Positions 30,951 through 40,897 of a stretch of DNA of 64,000 bases are shown here, piece by piece. The first letter of the stretch is position 1, and each line of letters opens with the position of its first letter. The notes beneath the pieces are model-generated. The model was given only the letters and a program-made list of their open reading frames with translations, did no database searches and was not told the DNA's origin. Position numbers and translations under genes: made by a program. The DNA comes from an uncultured bacterium (GTDB lineage: Bacteria > Fidelibacterota > Marinisomatia > SCGC-AAA003-L08 > GCA-002704045): NCBI GenBank assembly GCA_964345035.1, contig CAYFPO010000003.1:6800-70799 (forward strand). Reading direction: 5' to 3'.

Positions 30951-32592
30951 TAAGTTCGAACAATCAAAAGAAAATTGGAAAACCGAGCTAAGTAATTCGG
31001 AAGTCCGTGATTATAATTTTGACTCTTTATCTGGGGAAAATTTAGATGTCTTATATTATCCGGAAAATTCTGAAAACGACTATATTGAGAAAATAAACTT
31101 TCCAGGTCAGTTCCCATATACGCGGGGAATACATGCAAATATGTATCGTGGTAAACTGTGGACTATGAGACAATTCTCAGGATTTAGCACACCTGATCAA
31201 ACCAATAAACGATTTAAATTTCTGTTAAAACAAGGTCAAACTGGACTTTCGGTTGCTTATGATATGCCAACGTTAATGGGGTATGATGCTGATGATGAAT
31301 TAGCACTGGGAGAGGTTGGAAAGTGTGGAGTTTCAATTTGTTCTTTGAGGGATATGGAAAAATTATTTAAAGGTATCAATTTGGGGGAAGTTTCTGTTTC
31401 TCAAACAATAAATGGACCTGCAATTATTTTATTGGCGTTTTATATTGTAGTAGCAGAAAAACAGGGTGTTCCAAAAGATACATTACAGGGAACTCTACAA
31501 AATGATATATTAAAAGAATATATTGCTCAAAAAGAATGGATTTACCCTCCAAGGGAATCTATGAGAATTATCACGAATATGATGTCATACTGCACCACAT
31601 ATATGCCAAAATATAATACAATTTCCATAAGTGGATATCATATTCGAGAAGCAGGCTCCACAGCAGCACAAGAACTTGCATTTACTATTGGAAATGGATT
31701 TGCATACATCGACCATGCAATAGAAGCAGGACTGGATATAGATGATTTTGCGCCAAGATTATCTTTTTTCTTTAATTCACATCAGGATTTTTTTGAAGAA
31801 ATTGCAAAATACAGGGCCGCAAGAAGAATTTGGTCAAGACATTTAAAAAACAGATATAATGCCAAAAATCCCCGATCTTGGAAATTGCGATTTCATACTC
31901 AAACTGCCGGATGTTCACTTACCGCTCAGCAACCTGAAAATAATATCACCAGGACAACATTACAGGCATTATCAGCTGTTTTGGGTGGAACTCAATCATT
32001 GCATACTAATGCTATGGATGAAACCCTTGCATTACCATCACAAAAAGCTGCAGAAATTGCTCTTCGAACACAACAAATCATTGCTTATGAATCGGGTGTT
32101 GCAAATGTTGCAGATCCGTTAGGTGGAAGTTGGTATGTAGAGGAATTAACAGATAAACTTGAAGAAAAGGCTGAAAATTATTTTTCTGAAGTTGAAAATA
32201 TTGGAGGTGTTATTCCGGCTATTGAAATGGGATATTTTCAAAAAGAAATTGCTGAAGCCTCCGAAAAATATCAAAGATCCATTGAAAACAAAGAACGTAT
32301 TATTGTTGGTGTAAATAAATTTGAAAAGTTGGATGAAAAAATTGAAATTCCAATTCTTGAAATAGGTTCTGATTCTGAAAACTATCAAAGAAAAGCATTA
32401 GAAAATCTTAAAGCGGAAAGGAATTCAAGAGATGTAGAAAAATCACTTGAATTACTACGTGAGAGTTGTTTGAATCATCATAATGTTATGGAACCGATTT
32501 TAGAATGTGTAAGAAATTACGCCACTCTCGGGGAAATTGTTCATACAATGAAGTCTGTATTTGGTGAATGGCAGGAATCAGCAATTATATAA
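30943..32592 (+). CDS. Methylmalonyl-CoA mutase-family catalytic (large) subunit, without a B12-binding domain
   Basis: FPYTRGIHANMYRGKLWTMRQFSGF, GLSVAYDMPT and FHTQTAGCSLTAQQP motifs. At 549 aa it ends before any cobalamin-binding domain. Confidence 0.85.
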   Translation: MSDKFEQSKENWKTELSNSEVRDYNFDSLSGENLDVLYYPENSENDYIEKINFPGQFPYTRGIHANMYRGKLWTMRQFSGFSTPDQTNKRFKFLLKQGQTGLSVAYDMPTLMGYDADDELALGEVGKCGVSICSLRDMEKLFKGINLGEVSVSQTINGPAIILLAFYIVVAEKQGVPKDTLQGTLQNDILKEYIAQKEWIYPPRESMRIITNMMSYCTTYMPKYNTISISGYHIREAGSTAAQELAFTIGNGFAYIDHAIEAGLDIDDFAPRLSFFFNSHQDFFEEIAKYRAARRIWSRHLKNRYNAKNPRSWKLRFHTQTAGCSLTAQQPENNITRTTLQALSAVLGGTQSLHTNAMDETLALPSQKAAEIALRTQQIIAYESGVANVADPLGGSWYVEELTDKLEEKAENYFSEVENIGGVIPAIEMGYFQKEIAEASEKYQRSIENKERIIVGVNKFEKLDEKIEIPILEIGSDSENYQRKALENLKAERNSRDVEKSLELLRESCLNHHNVMEPILECVRNYATLGEIVHTMKSVFGEWQESAII

Positions 32593-33733
32593 AACCGGAA
32601 AATATTTGACGAAAAAAGAATCTGTTTTTAATCACAAGCATCCATTTACATTAGGTGTGGAAGAGGAATTTATGCTTTGTGAACCCCATAGTGGTAATTT
32701 AGTCAATAAAGCTGATGCTATAATGACTGCTTTGCCTTCTGATTTAAAAGATAGATTCAGCTATGAACTTATCCTTTCAGAAATTGAAGTAAATACTCCA
32801 ATCTGTAAAAACGTAAAAGAAGCAATAAATGAGGTGGTAAATCTCAGAAATATTACAAAAAAACTTGGTGAAGAAATTGGATTTAGAATTGGAATCAGCG
32901 GAACACACCCGGATGCCTTGGCAAAAGATCAGAAATTTGTAAACACAACTAATTATGAATGGGTTAAGAAACAGTTAGGCTATTATGCCAGGAGAAATAT
33001 AACCTTTGCTTTACATATTCATGTTGCTGTTCCAAATGCTCAAACCGCAATTCAAGTAACCAATGGCCTTCGAAGGTGGATTCCGGCATTATTATCATTA
33101 AGTGCAAACTCGCCATTTTTTGAAGGTAATGTAACTGGGATGAAATCCAGTAGAACTATGCAATTTGGTGCATTCCCACGAACAAATATTCCACAAACAT
33201 TAGATTCTTTCAGTGATTATGAAACGCTTATTGATACTTTTAAAAAATTGGATACAATCGAACAACCTCGACAAATCTGGTGGAAAATAAGACCACATTT
33301 TGACTTTGGAACGATAGAATTTCGGATGATTGATATCCAAAGATCATTAAAAAACACAGAGATGTTCATTGCATTAGCACAGGCATTAACTTACAGATCA
33401 ATGCAGGATGCAAATGCAGGGAATTTAAAGGAGGATTTATCACTTAATCTGCTAAATGATGGTTTATGGAAAGCTATGAGGTTCGGGATGGATAAATTAG
33501 TCATAGATACGGGTACAGGTGAAATTGTCACATTAAAAAACCTGATTAATAGAATGTGTGATTATTCATTGTCTGCTTTAAAACACTTTAACTCAGAGCA
33601 TATATTAAATCAAGTTAATACAATACTCGAAAATGGCACAGAAGGAGATATCCAATTGAGTTTATACAATTCAAGTGGACTATCCGCAACCAAACAATAT
33701 TTAATGGATTCAGTGGATTATGGTAACAATTAA
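32561..33733 (+). CDS. Carboxylate-amine ligase, glutamate-cysteine ligase family 2 (YbdK-like)
   Basis: PFTLGVEEEFML and HIHVAV motifs, plus the WWKIRPHFDFGTIEFRMID signature. The start is uncertain; TTG 32606 would avoid overlap with the mutase gene. Confidence 0.8.
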   Translation: MVNGRNQQLYKTGKYLTKKESVFNHKHPFTLGVEEEFMLCEPHSGNLVNKADAIMTALPSDLKDRFSYELILSEIEVNTPICKNVKEAINEVVNLRNITKKLGEEIGFRIGISGTHPDALAKDQKFVNTTNYEWVKKQLGYYARRNITFALHIHVAVPNAQTAIQVTNGLRRWIPALLSLSANSPFFEGNVTGMKSSRTMQFGAFPRTNIPQTLDSFSDYETLIDTFKKLDTIEQPRQIWWKIRPHFDFGTIEFRMIDIQRSLKNTEMFIALAQALTYRSMQDANAGNLKEDLSLNLLNDGLWKAMRFGMDKLVIDTGTGEIVTLKNLINRMCDYSLSALKHFNSEHILNQVNTILENGTEGDIQLSLYNSSGLSATKQYLMDSVDYGNN

Positions 33734-33848
33734 ACATTTAAATTATTACAATTTTGTCCTCCATTTCTTGTAGTTTTAATCCCCTGGAATTCTATAAAAA
33801 TATATAAATATTACCAAAACACAATGAAAATATTCGAAAGGAATTAAA

Positions 33849-34919
33849 TTGTCAAAAAAGATTGTACACATTGTAGGTACCGGAACAATAGGAGAACCGC
33901 TAATTGGCTTATTCAGTGACTTTAAGGATGAACTTGGAATTGATGAAGTCACATTCCATAAAAATACACCCTTATTGAGAGATAGGTCCAAAGTTACTGC
34001 GTTGATTAGAAGAGGTGCCATATTGACTACAAGTGAAGAAGCACTACCCGGGTTTATTGAATTGGGGATGGAGCCTGAATTTACCACTGAAGATGCAATA
34101 GAACGTGCTTCTGTAGTCATCGATTGTACACCAAAAGGAATTGGTCATCAAAACAAGCATAAATTTTATAACAGATATTTAGATTCTACAGCGGGTTTTA
34201 TTGCTCAGGGTAGTGAATTTGGTTTTGGGAAGATGTATGCAAGAGGTATTAATGATAGTGCATTAATTGAGGGTGAAGATAAATTTATACAAATTGTTTC
34301 TTGTAATACGCATAATATTTCCTGCATTATAGATACCCTTGCTTTAAATGGCGATAAGACAAATAATCTGAAAACAGGTAGATTTACATGTATCAGAAGA
34401 GCAAATGATGTAAGTCAGTCTTCCGGATATGTACCATCACCCCAAGTCGGCAGCCATAAAGATGAATTATTCGGTACTCATCATGCAAAAGATGCAGCAT
34501 TATTATTTGATACTATGGGGATAAAATTGGACTTGTTTTCTTCAGCAATAAAAGTTAATTCACAATATATGCATATATTGCATTTTTCATTAACACTTGA
34601 AAATGATACTACGATGGAAATAATTCATGAGAAATTAAATAATAATAAAAATGTAGCAATCACAAACAAAATTGATGCTTGTGAGATATTTTCTTTTGGT
34701 AGAGATCAGGGACATTATGGAAGGATTCTTAATTCTGCAGTGGTTTCTCTTCCATCGTTACATATAAGGAATGGACGGGAAATTACCGGTTTTTGTTTCA
34801 CACCACAAGATGGAAATTCACTTTTAAGTTCAGTGTCAGCAACGTTATGGTTTTTAGATCCGGTAAAATATACAGATAAACTAAACTGTCTTGATCCATT
34901 TCTATTTGATGAGGTTTAA
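33849..34919 (+). CDS. Type II (archaeal-type) glyceraldehyde-3-phosphate dehydrogenase homologue
   Basis: From my recollection of archaeal GAPDH, these segments align: VGTGTIGE, VVIDCTPKGIGHQNK, IVSCNTHN (catalytic Cys), IRRANDVSQ and THHAKD. TTG start behind a GAAAGGA sequence. Confidence 0.6.
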   Translation: MSKKIVHIVGTGTIGEPLIGLFSDFKDELGIDEVTFHKNTPLLRDRSKVTALIRRGAILTTSEEALPGFIELGMEPEFTTEDAIERASVVIDCTPKGIGHQNKHKFYNRYLDSTAGFIAQGSEFGFGKMYARGINDSALIEGEDKFIQIVSCNTHNISCIIDTLALNGDKTNNLKTGRFTCIRRANDVSQSSGYVPSPQVGSHKDELFGTHHAKDAALLFDTMGIKLDLFSSAIKVNSQYMHILHFSLTLENDTTMEIIHEKLNNNKNVAITNKIDACEIFSFGRDQGHYGRILNSAVVSLPSLHIRNGREITGFCFTPQDGNSLLSSVSATLWFLDPVKYTDKLNCLDPFLFDEV

Positions 34920-34921
34920 TT

Positions 34922-35554
34922 ATTTCAATCAATATACACAAAATTGTAAATGGTATATTTCGTGAAAATGGATATGTAGTTTACGATGATGATTCTTGCC
35001 TTCTTATTGACCCCGGTTCTGAGCTTGAACCTTTTGAAGAAAAATTAGATCAATTAGACATTAAACCTGCTGCTGTTTTATTAACTCATGGTCATTTAGA
35101 TCACATTTTTACAGTCCACTCAATTCAGGAAAAATATAAAATTCCTGTATATTTACATAAAAATGACCTTGAATTAGTAGAACAATTACCTGAATATTGT
35201 AGTTGGTTTGGACTTCCTAAGCATACACCACCGAAAATTACCCATATAATTGATGAGGAAGATGAAATTATCATTAATAATTGGTACATCCAGGTTTTAA
35301 AAACACCTGGACATACACAAGGTGGTGTCTGTTTCTTAATTGAGGGAGTAGTATTTGCAGGAGACACTTTGTTTTCCGGGTCAATTGGTAGAACAGATTT
35401 ACCAGAAGGCGATATGGAACAGTTACTTGATTGTATTCGTAAATCCTTATTTATATTGCCTGATGATACAATTGTATATTCAGGACACGGGCCTGAAACA
35501 ACAATCGGTATTGAAAAACAAAGTAATGTATTTTTAAAACAAAGTTATGTATAG
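34922..35554 (+). CDS. MBL-fold metallo-hydrolase (glyoxalase II / YcbL-like); there is no canonical start codon upstream of the catalytic motifs
   Basis: The frame is open from 34913 and encodes ...INIHKIVNGIFRENGYVVYDDDSCLLIDPG...LLTHGHLDHI...TPGHTQGG...AGDTLFSGSIGRTD...GHG. The ORF track reports only the last 61 aa, from TTG 35369. Confidence 0.8.
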   Translation: MSINIHKIVNGIFRENGYVVYDDDSCLLIDPGSELEPFEEKLDQLDIKPAAVLLTHGHLDHIFTVHSIQEKYKIPVYLHKNDLELVEQLPEYCSWFGLPKHTPPKITHIIDEEDEIIINNWYIQVLKTPGHTQGGVCFLIEGVVFAGDTLFSGSIGRTDLPEGDMEQLLDCIRKSLFILPDDTIVYSGHGPETTIGIEKQSNVFLKQSYV

Positions 35555-36945
35555 TGATTAATCTAATAAACCATATAGAAAACAAATTATACAATCTGTA
35601 TAAAAGGCATAACAGAAACGGTTATTTAAATATATTAATAGCAGCATCAGGTGGAATTGACAGTATGGTTTTGGTAGATATAATGGTAAAATTATATGTT
35701 AATTTTCCTATAAAATTGGGAATTATTCATGTCAATCACAATTTAAGGAATGAGTCATTCAAAGATGAAATTATTTGTCGAAATTTGTGCAATCAACATA
35801 AATTAAAATTTTATTCCAGGGAATTAAATCCACAGGGAATTAAAAACCAATCATTAGAAGCTTGGGGGAGAGAAAAACGGTATATATTTTTCAATCAAAT
35901 TGCAACAAAATATAATTTTGATTGGATTTTTACTGCCCATCACCAGGATGATCAAATTGAAACAATGATAATGAAAAATCAGGAAACTGATGATGCTTAC
36001 ATTTTATCTGGAATACGTGAGCAATGGAAAAATATATATCGACCACTGTTGGAAGTTTCAAAATCGAATATTTATCACTATGCACAATTAAATAATGTGC
36101 ATTGGAATGAGGATTCTACAAACAATAATATAAAATATTTAAGAAATCGAATTAGGCATACTGTTATACCAAAACTCAAGTCAATTAACCCAAATTATAA
36201 AAAAACAATATTATCAAAAATTCATATCAACCAAAAAAAGGCAATAAAAATATCAAAAAGAATTAAAGAAGTTGATAAATCAAAAATACAATACTATGAT
36301 AAAAACCTAGTTGTGATGGATTTTGATATTTTTTCCAATGAAAATAAATTATTTATTAAATATGTCCTAAAATACTGTTGTACTCATTATTTTGATATAG
36401 ATGTAAAAATTACTCAAAAACAACTTCAAGCATTCCAGTCATTTTTTGATTTTAGTAAAATGAATACTTCCTTCCCTTTAGGAAATGAAATTACTTGTTA
36501 TAAATATAAATCTCATTTAATGCTTTATAAAATTACAAAATGTTTTTCTGAAAAAATAAAATTTACACAAAATAGCGGTTTTATTAAATGGGGTTCTGGA
36601 TATTTTACGTTTGAAAAATGTCTTGACTATATCCATTCCCATTCAAAAAAATCAATATCTATACCAACTAAAGATTTACAACAAGGATTCTATGTTAGAA
36701 ATTGGAACTTTGGTGATAAAATTGTCATTAATAAAAATGGTAATTCTAAGAAACTAAGTAAACTATTTAATGAAAATAAAATTTTACCATTCAATAAAAA
36801 TAGAATTCCGGTAATTGTTGATAAAAGCGATAATATAGTTTGGGTGCCAAATGTAAGGCATGCTACTAAATTAAAATTTCGAAAGGGGTCACAAGAATTT
36901 CTCAAAGTTACATGGCATGAAAAATCATTTCAATTAAATTCATGA
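35554..36945 (+). CDS. tilS: tRNA(Ile)-lysidine synthase
   Basis: PP-loop SGGIDSMVL and AHHQDDQIET motifs; conserved tilS-hpt-ftsH context. Confidence 0.85.
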   Translation: MINLINHIENKLYNLYKRHNRNGYLNILIAASGGIDSMVLVDIMVKLYVNFPIKLGIIHVNHNLRNESFKDEIICRNLCNQHKLKFYSRELNPQGIKNQSLEAWGREKRYIFFNQIATKYNFDWIFTAHHQDDQIETMIMKNQETDDAYILSGIREQWKNIYRPLLEVSKSNIYHYAQLNNVHWNEDSTNNNIKYLRNRIRHTVIPKLKSINPNYKKTILSKIHINQKKAIKISKRIKEVDKSKIQYYDKNLVVMDFDIFSNENKLFIKYVLKYCCTHYFDIDVKITQKQLQAFQSFFDFSKMNTSFPLGNEITCYKYKSHLMLYKITKCFSEKIKFTQNSGFIKWGSGYFTFEKCLDYIHSHSKKSISIPTKDLQQGFYVRNWNFGDKIVINKNGNSKKLSKLFNENKILPFNKNRIPVIVDKSDNIVWVPNVRHATKLKFRKGSQEFLKVTWHEKSFQLNS

Positions 36946-37490
36946 ATATTGATACTATAAATAAGAATTCACTTGAAATCTTAATTGATGAAAAAAGAAT
37001 AGCCGAAAAAGTGGATTCAATTGCAATAGAGATTTCCCGTAAGTTTAAGGGTAAAATACCAATAATTGTTGGTGTTCTGAATGGCTCATTTTTATTCCTT
37101 GCGGACTTGGTACGTAAACTTGATATTGAATTTGAAATAGATTTTATCAAACTATCTTCTTACGGGAGTGATATTAAAAGCTCCGGAACGGTTCGACTAA
37201 TTAAAGATATAAGTGCGGATATCACAGGGAGAGATGTAATCGTTGTTGAAGATATTGTTGACTCCGGTTTAACAGTAAAATTTTTAAAAACGAGATTTGA
37301 AGAAGCCGGCACAAAATCTGTAACTTTTGTAACCTGTTTATTCAAAAATGAGTCTGTAATGGATTTAAATTTTAAATTGGATTATATTGGGTTTAATATT
37401 CCAAACATTTATGTTGTTGGTTATGGATTAGATCTTGATCAAAAATTCAGAGGATTATCCTCAATATATTCTATTAAAAAGGAAAATTAA
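36942..37490 (+). CDS. hpt: Hypoxanthine phosphoribosyltransferase
   Basis: VGVLNGSFLFLADL and the PRPP motif VIVVEDIVDSGLT. Confidence 0.9.
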   Translation: MNIDTINKNSLEILIDEKRIAEKVDSIAIEISRKFKGKIPIIVGVLNGSFLFLADLVRKLDIEFEIDFIKLSSYGSDIKSSGTVRLIKDISADITGRDVIVVEDIVDSGLTVKFLKTRFEEAGTKSVTFVTCLFKNESVMDLNFKLDYIGFNIPNIYVVGYGLDLDQKFRGLSSIYSIKKEN

Positions 37491-39542
37491 ATGTCGAAAA
37501 AGACAAAAAATAAAAACAATAATAAGAATAAAAATTCTTTTGGAAACTTTAATAAAAACCAAAATCCGGGAAAAAAAGGATTTTGGAATGGATTAGGGAA
37601 TAATTTTCTTTTATGGGTTGTCATTATTGCGGCTGCAATTGCCTTTGCTCAATTAATATCCACAGGAGTTGAACCTCAGACAATTACATTTTCAAAATTT
37701 GAAGAATTAATTCAATCTGGTAATGTTGAATCTGCTGAAATCATTGGAAACTCATTTATTGGTACATTGCGACAACCTGAGATTATTGTAACAAATACCG
37801 GAAATGAGATCAGATTTTCAAAATTTATATCAATATTACCAGATGCTTATGTAAAATCTGAGATAATAGAATTATGGAATCAACAAAGAATAGATTATCA
37901 GTTTAAGGAACAAACACCCAATTTCACAGATTATCTGATTCAATTTTCTCCCTGGATATTAATTTTCATTTTCTGGATTTATATTATGAGACGTATGCAG
38001 TCAGGTTCAGGGCAATCCGGAATATTTGGATTTAATAAAAGCCGAGCAAGAATAATTTCACCTGACAGCCCTAAAGTAACATTTAATGATGTTGCAGGCT
38101 GTGATGAAGCAAAAGTAGAGTTACAGGAAGTTGTTGAATTTTTAAAAAAACCAAAAAAATATAAGAAAATTGGTGCAAAAATTCCAAAAGGTGCTCTCTT
38201 GTTAGGACCTCCGGGAACAGGAAAAACCTTATTGGCAAGAGCAGTAGCAGGAGAAGCTGACGTGCCATTTTTCAACATCAGCGGTGCAGAATTTGTTGAA
38301 ATGTTTGTCGGAGTGGGTGCAAGCAGGGTTCGTGATTTATTTGATACCGCAAAAAGAAGTTCACCAAGTATTATTTTTATAGATGAAATTGATGCAGTAG
38401 GAAGGCATCGTGGTGCTGGTTTAGGAGGTGGACATGATGAGAGAGAACAGACATTGAATCAAATTCTTGTTGAGATGGATGGATTTGAGACTGATGATAA
38501 TGTTATATTACTCGCTGCGACAAACAGACCTGATGTATTGGATAAAGCATTATTGCGTCCTGGGCGATTTGATCGTCAAATTGTAGTAGATACACCCGGA
38601 TTAAATGGTAGAGAATCAATTCTAAAAATTCATTCAAAAGGAAAACCTCTCGGGAAAAATGTAGATTTAAAAACAGTTGCAAAAGGCACACCGGGAATGG
38701 TTGGCGCTGATTTAGAAAACCTTGTTAATGAATCAGCTTTATTGGCTGCGAGGCGTGGAAAATCTAAAATATCAATGGCAGAGTTTGAAGATGCTAAAGA
38801 TAAAGTTATGATGGGCGTTGAAAGAAAAAGTATGATTTTGACACCCGAGGAAAGAAAATTAACTGCATATCATGAAGCCGGGCATGCTCTTGTAGCATAT
38901 CATACAAAAGGTTCAGATCCCGTTCATAAAATTTCAATTATTCCACGTGGGAGAGCATTGGGGGTTACAGCACAGTTACCAGATGACGACAGACATAATT
39001 TTCGAAAAAAATACCTCATAGGCAGGATAAAAATATTAATGGGTGGAAGATGCGCAGAAAAATTGATATTTAACGATACATCTACAGGCGCAGGAAATGA
39101 TATTGCAGCTGCAACAGATATAGCAAAAAAAATGGTATGTGAATGGGGTATGAGCAATATAATTGGTCCACTTGCTTTTGGTAAAAAGGATGAAGAAATA
39201 TTCCTCGGCAAAGAAATGGCTGTCACAAAAGATTTCAGTGATGAAAAATCCAAAATTATTGATGAAGAAATAACCACATTCATTAAAGAAGCCGAAAAAG
39301 ATGCCGATAAAATTTTAAATAAAAATATTGAACAATTACATAAAATAGCACAAGCTTTACTTAACTACGAAACAATTACTGGTGAGGAAATGAAATTGGC
39401 TATAAAAGGGGAAAAAATAAAAAGAGAATCAACTGTGACAATTAAAAAGCGCGGAACGAGAAAGAAGAAAAAAGTAGAAAGTCCCAAATCCGAAGAATCA
39501 AATAAAGCAATCCCAACGAAACCTGCCACATCCCCTGCATAA
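37491..39542 (+). CDS. ftsH: ATP-dependent zinc metalloprotease FtsH
   Basis: Walker [21 protein letters not shown] region [18 protein letters not shown] and zinc motif HEAGHA. The N-terminus has a K/N-rich tail before TM1. Confidence 0.95.
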   Translation: MSKKTKNKNNNKNKNSFGNFNKNQNPGKKGFWNGLGNNFLLWVVIIAAAIAFAQLISTGVEPQTITFSKFEELIQSGNVESAEIIGNSFIGTLRQPEIIVTNTGNEIRFSKFISILPDAYVKSEIIELWNQQRIDYQFKEQTPNFTDYLIQFSPWILIFIFWIYIMRRMQSGSGQSGIFGFNKSRARIISPDSPKVTFNDVAGCDEAKVELQEVVEFLKKPKKYKKIGAKIPKGALLLGPPGTGKTLLARAVAGEADVPFFNISGAEFVEMFVGVGASRVRDLFDTAKRSSPSIIFIDEIDAVGRHRGAGLGGGHDEREQTLNQILVEMDGFETDDNVILLAATNRPDVLDKALLRPGRFDRQIVVDTPGLNGRESILKIHSKGKPLGKNVDLKTVAKGTPGMVGADLENLVNESALLAARRGKSKISMAEFEDAKDKVMMGVERKSMILTPEERKLTAYHEAGHALVAYHTKGSDPVHKISIIPRGRALGVTAQLPDDDRHNFRKKYLIGRIKILMGGRCAEKLIFNDTSTGAGNDIAAATDIAKKMVCEWGMSNIIGPLAFGKKDEEIFLGKEMAVTKDFSDEKSKIIDEEITTFIKEAEKDADKILNKNIEQLHKIAQALLNYETITGEEMKLAIKGEKIKRESTVTIKKRGTRKKKKVESPKSEESNKAIPTKPATSPA

Positions 39543-39545
39543 TTA

Positions 39546-40388
39546 ATGAAAATGAAAAATATCATTTCATCAATTAAAAATCGTACTTTAGTCATGGGAA
39601 TTTTAAACTTAACCCCAGATTCATTTTTTGATGGACAAAATGATCTAAAACAAATTGACATCAGAAAAAAAATTATAAATATGAAAAATGCCGGTGTAGA
39701 TATAATTGATGTAGGGGGTGAATCATCAAGGCCGGGGGCGGAACCAATTCCACCTAAAGTTGAAATGGAAAGAATTAAACCTGTTTTCCCCATATTGAAA
39801 GAATTTCCTGATACCTTATTTTCTATAGATACATATAAACCTGATATAGCTGAGATAGCTATAAAAAATGGATTTAAAATAATAAATGATATCACCGGTG
39901 GCGGGAAAGATGGAAAAATTTTTCAAGTTGCAAATAAATATGATATTCCTATTATTATTATGCATATGGAAGGAAACCCGAAAACCATGCAATCCAATCC
40001 CCATTTTGATAATGTAATTGATTCAATTATTACATTTTTCAAAAAAAGAATTAAAGTTGCAAAACAATTTGGATTAAAGGAGGATCAAATAATTTTAGAT
40101 CCGGGTATAGGATTTGGAAAAAGAATTGAAGATAATTTCCAAATTATCCATAATTTGAATTATTTAACTTCATTAGGATATCCCATTCTAATTGGAACAT
40201 CAAGAAAGTCATTTTTACAGATTAATTATGACAATCCTCAAGATAGACTCCCAGCTACTTTAGCTTCTCTTACATTTGCAATTCAAAATGGGGCAAATAT
40301 TCTTCGCGTTCATGATGTCAAAGAAGCAGTTAAATGTGTGAAATTTACTGACCGTTACTTAAAAGAAAATTCATTAAGATTTATATAA
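39546..40388 (+). CDS. folP: Dihydropteroate synthase
   Basis: VMGILNLTPDSFFDG, IIDVGGESSRPGA, DPGIGFGK and GTSRKSF motifs. Confidence 0.9.
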   Translation: MKMKNIISSIKNRTLVMGILNLTPDSFFDGQNDLKQIDIRKKIINMKNAGVDIIDVGGESSRPGAEPIPPKVEMERIKPVFPILKEFPDTLFSIDTYKPDIAEIAIKNGFKIINDITGGGKDGKIFQVANKYDIPIIIMHMEGNPKTMQSNPHFDNVIDSIITFFKKRIKVAKQFGLKEDQIILDPGIGFGKRIEDNFQIIHNLNYLTSLGYPILIGTSRKSFLQINYDNPQDRLPATLASLTFAIQNGANILRVHDVKEAVKCVKFTDRYLKENSLRFI

Positions 40389-40398
40389 GGGGAATATT

Positions 40399-40893
40399 AT
40401 GCGTAAATATATTTGTATTATATCAATTTTAGCAACAGTCCTAAATATTGATTTAATATTGGCAGCAAAGCAGTCAGGTGATGAATCGCCGTATAGTTCC
40501 AGTTATATTATTCCGTCTGAGGCAGGAATTAAAATGAGCATAAATATTTGGGGAGAAGTAAGAAATCCCGGTCAATATTTAATTCCATATTCAATTAATT
40601 TAGATTTAATTTCGCTGTTATCACTTGCCGGTGGTCCATTAACAGGTGCAAATTTAAAAAAAGTTACTCTAATCAGAGAAATTGAAAAAGACGGAGAATC
40701 AGGGAAAATTGTTACAGTTAATCTCAAAGAATATATTAAAACCGGTAATAGAAAACTATTGCCAGCGATTGAACCTAATGATACTGTTATAATCGAACCA
40801 ACTTTCTGGAGTTCAGTTAAGGGTTCATCAACTTATCTTCAGACCATTTTGTCTATAACTACATTGTCACTTCAAATTCTAAATTCTAAATAA
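40399..40893 (+). CDS. Small secreted SLBB-domain protein (polysaccharide-export Wza-like fragment architecture)
   Basis: Signal peptide, then INIWGEVRNPGQYLIPYSINLDLISLLSLAGGPLTGANLKKVTLIR, which resembles a soluble-ligand-binding beta-grasp domain. C-terminal hydrophobic or amphipathic segment. Confidence 0.5.
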   Translation: MRKYICIISILATVLNIDLILAAKQSGDESPYSSSYIIPSEAGIKMSINIWGEVRNPGQYLIPYSINLDLISLLSLAGGPLTGANLKKVTLIREIEKDGESGKIVTVNLKEYIKTGNRKLLPAIEPNDTVIIEPTFWSSVKGSSTYLQTILSITTLSLQILNSK

Positions 40894-40897
40894 AATT

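Noticed and set aside
35125-35537. ORF-track fragments 35125-35367 (minus) and 35355-35537 (plus) in the MBL hydrolase region.
   Set aside because: Both overlap the continuous frame-2 MBL reading frame (34913-35554), which carries all the metallo-beta-lactamase motifs. They are alternative-frame artefacts.
37491-37640. The K/N-rich N-terminal tail of FtsH ([25 protein letters not shown]...), considered as a possible separate element or repeat.
   Set aside because: It is in frame and continuous with the FtsH TM1 segment. Low-complexity N-terminal tails are common in AT-rich genomes, and nothing indicates independent function.
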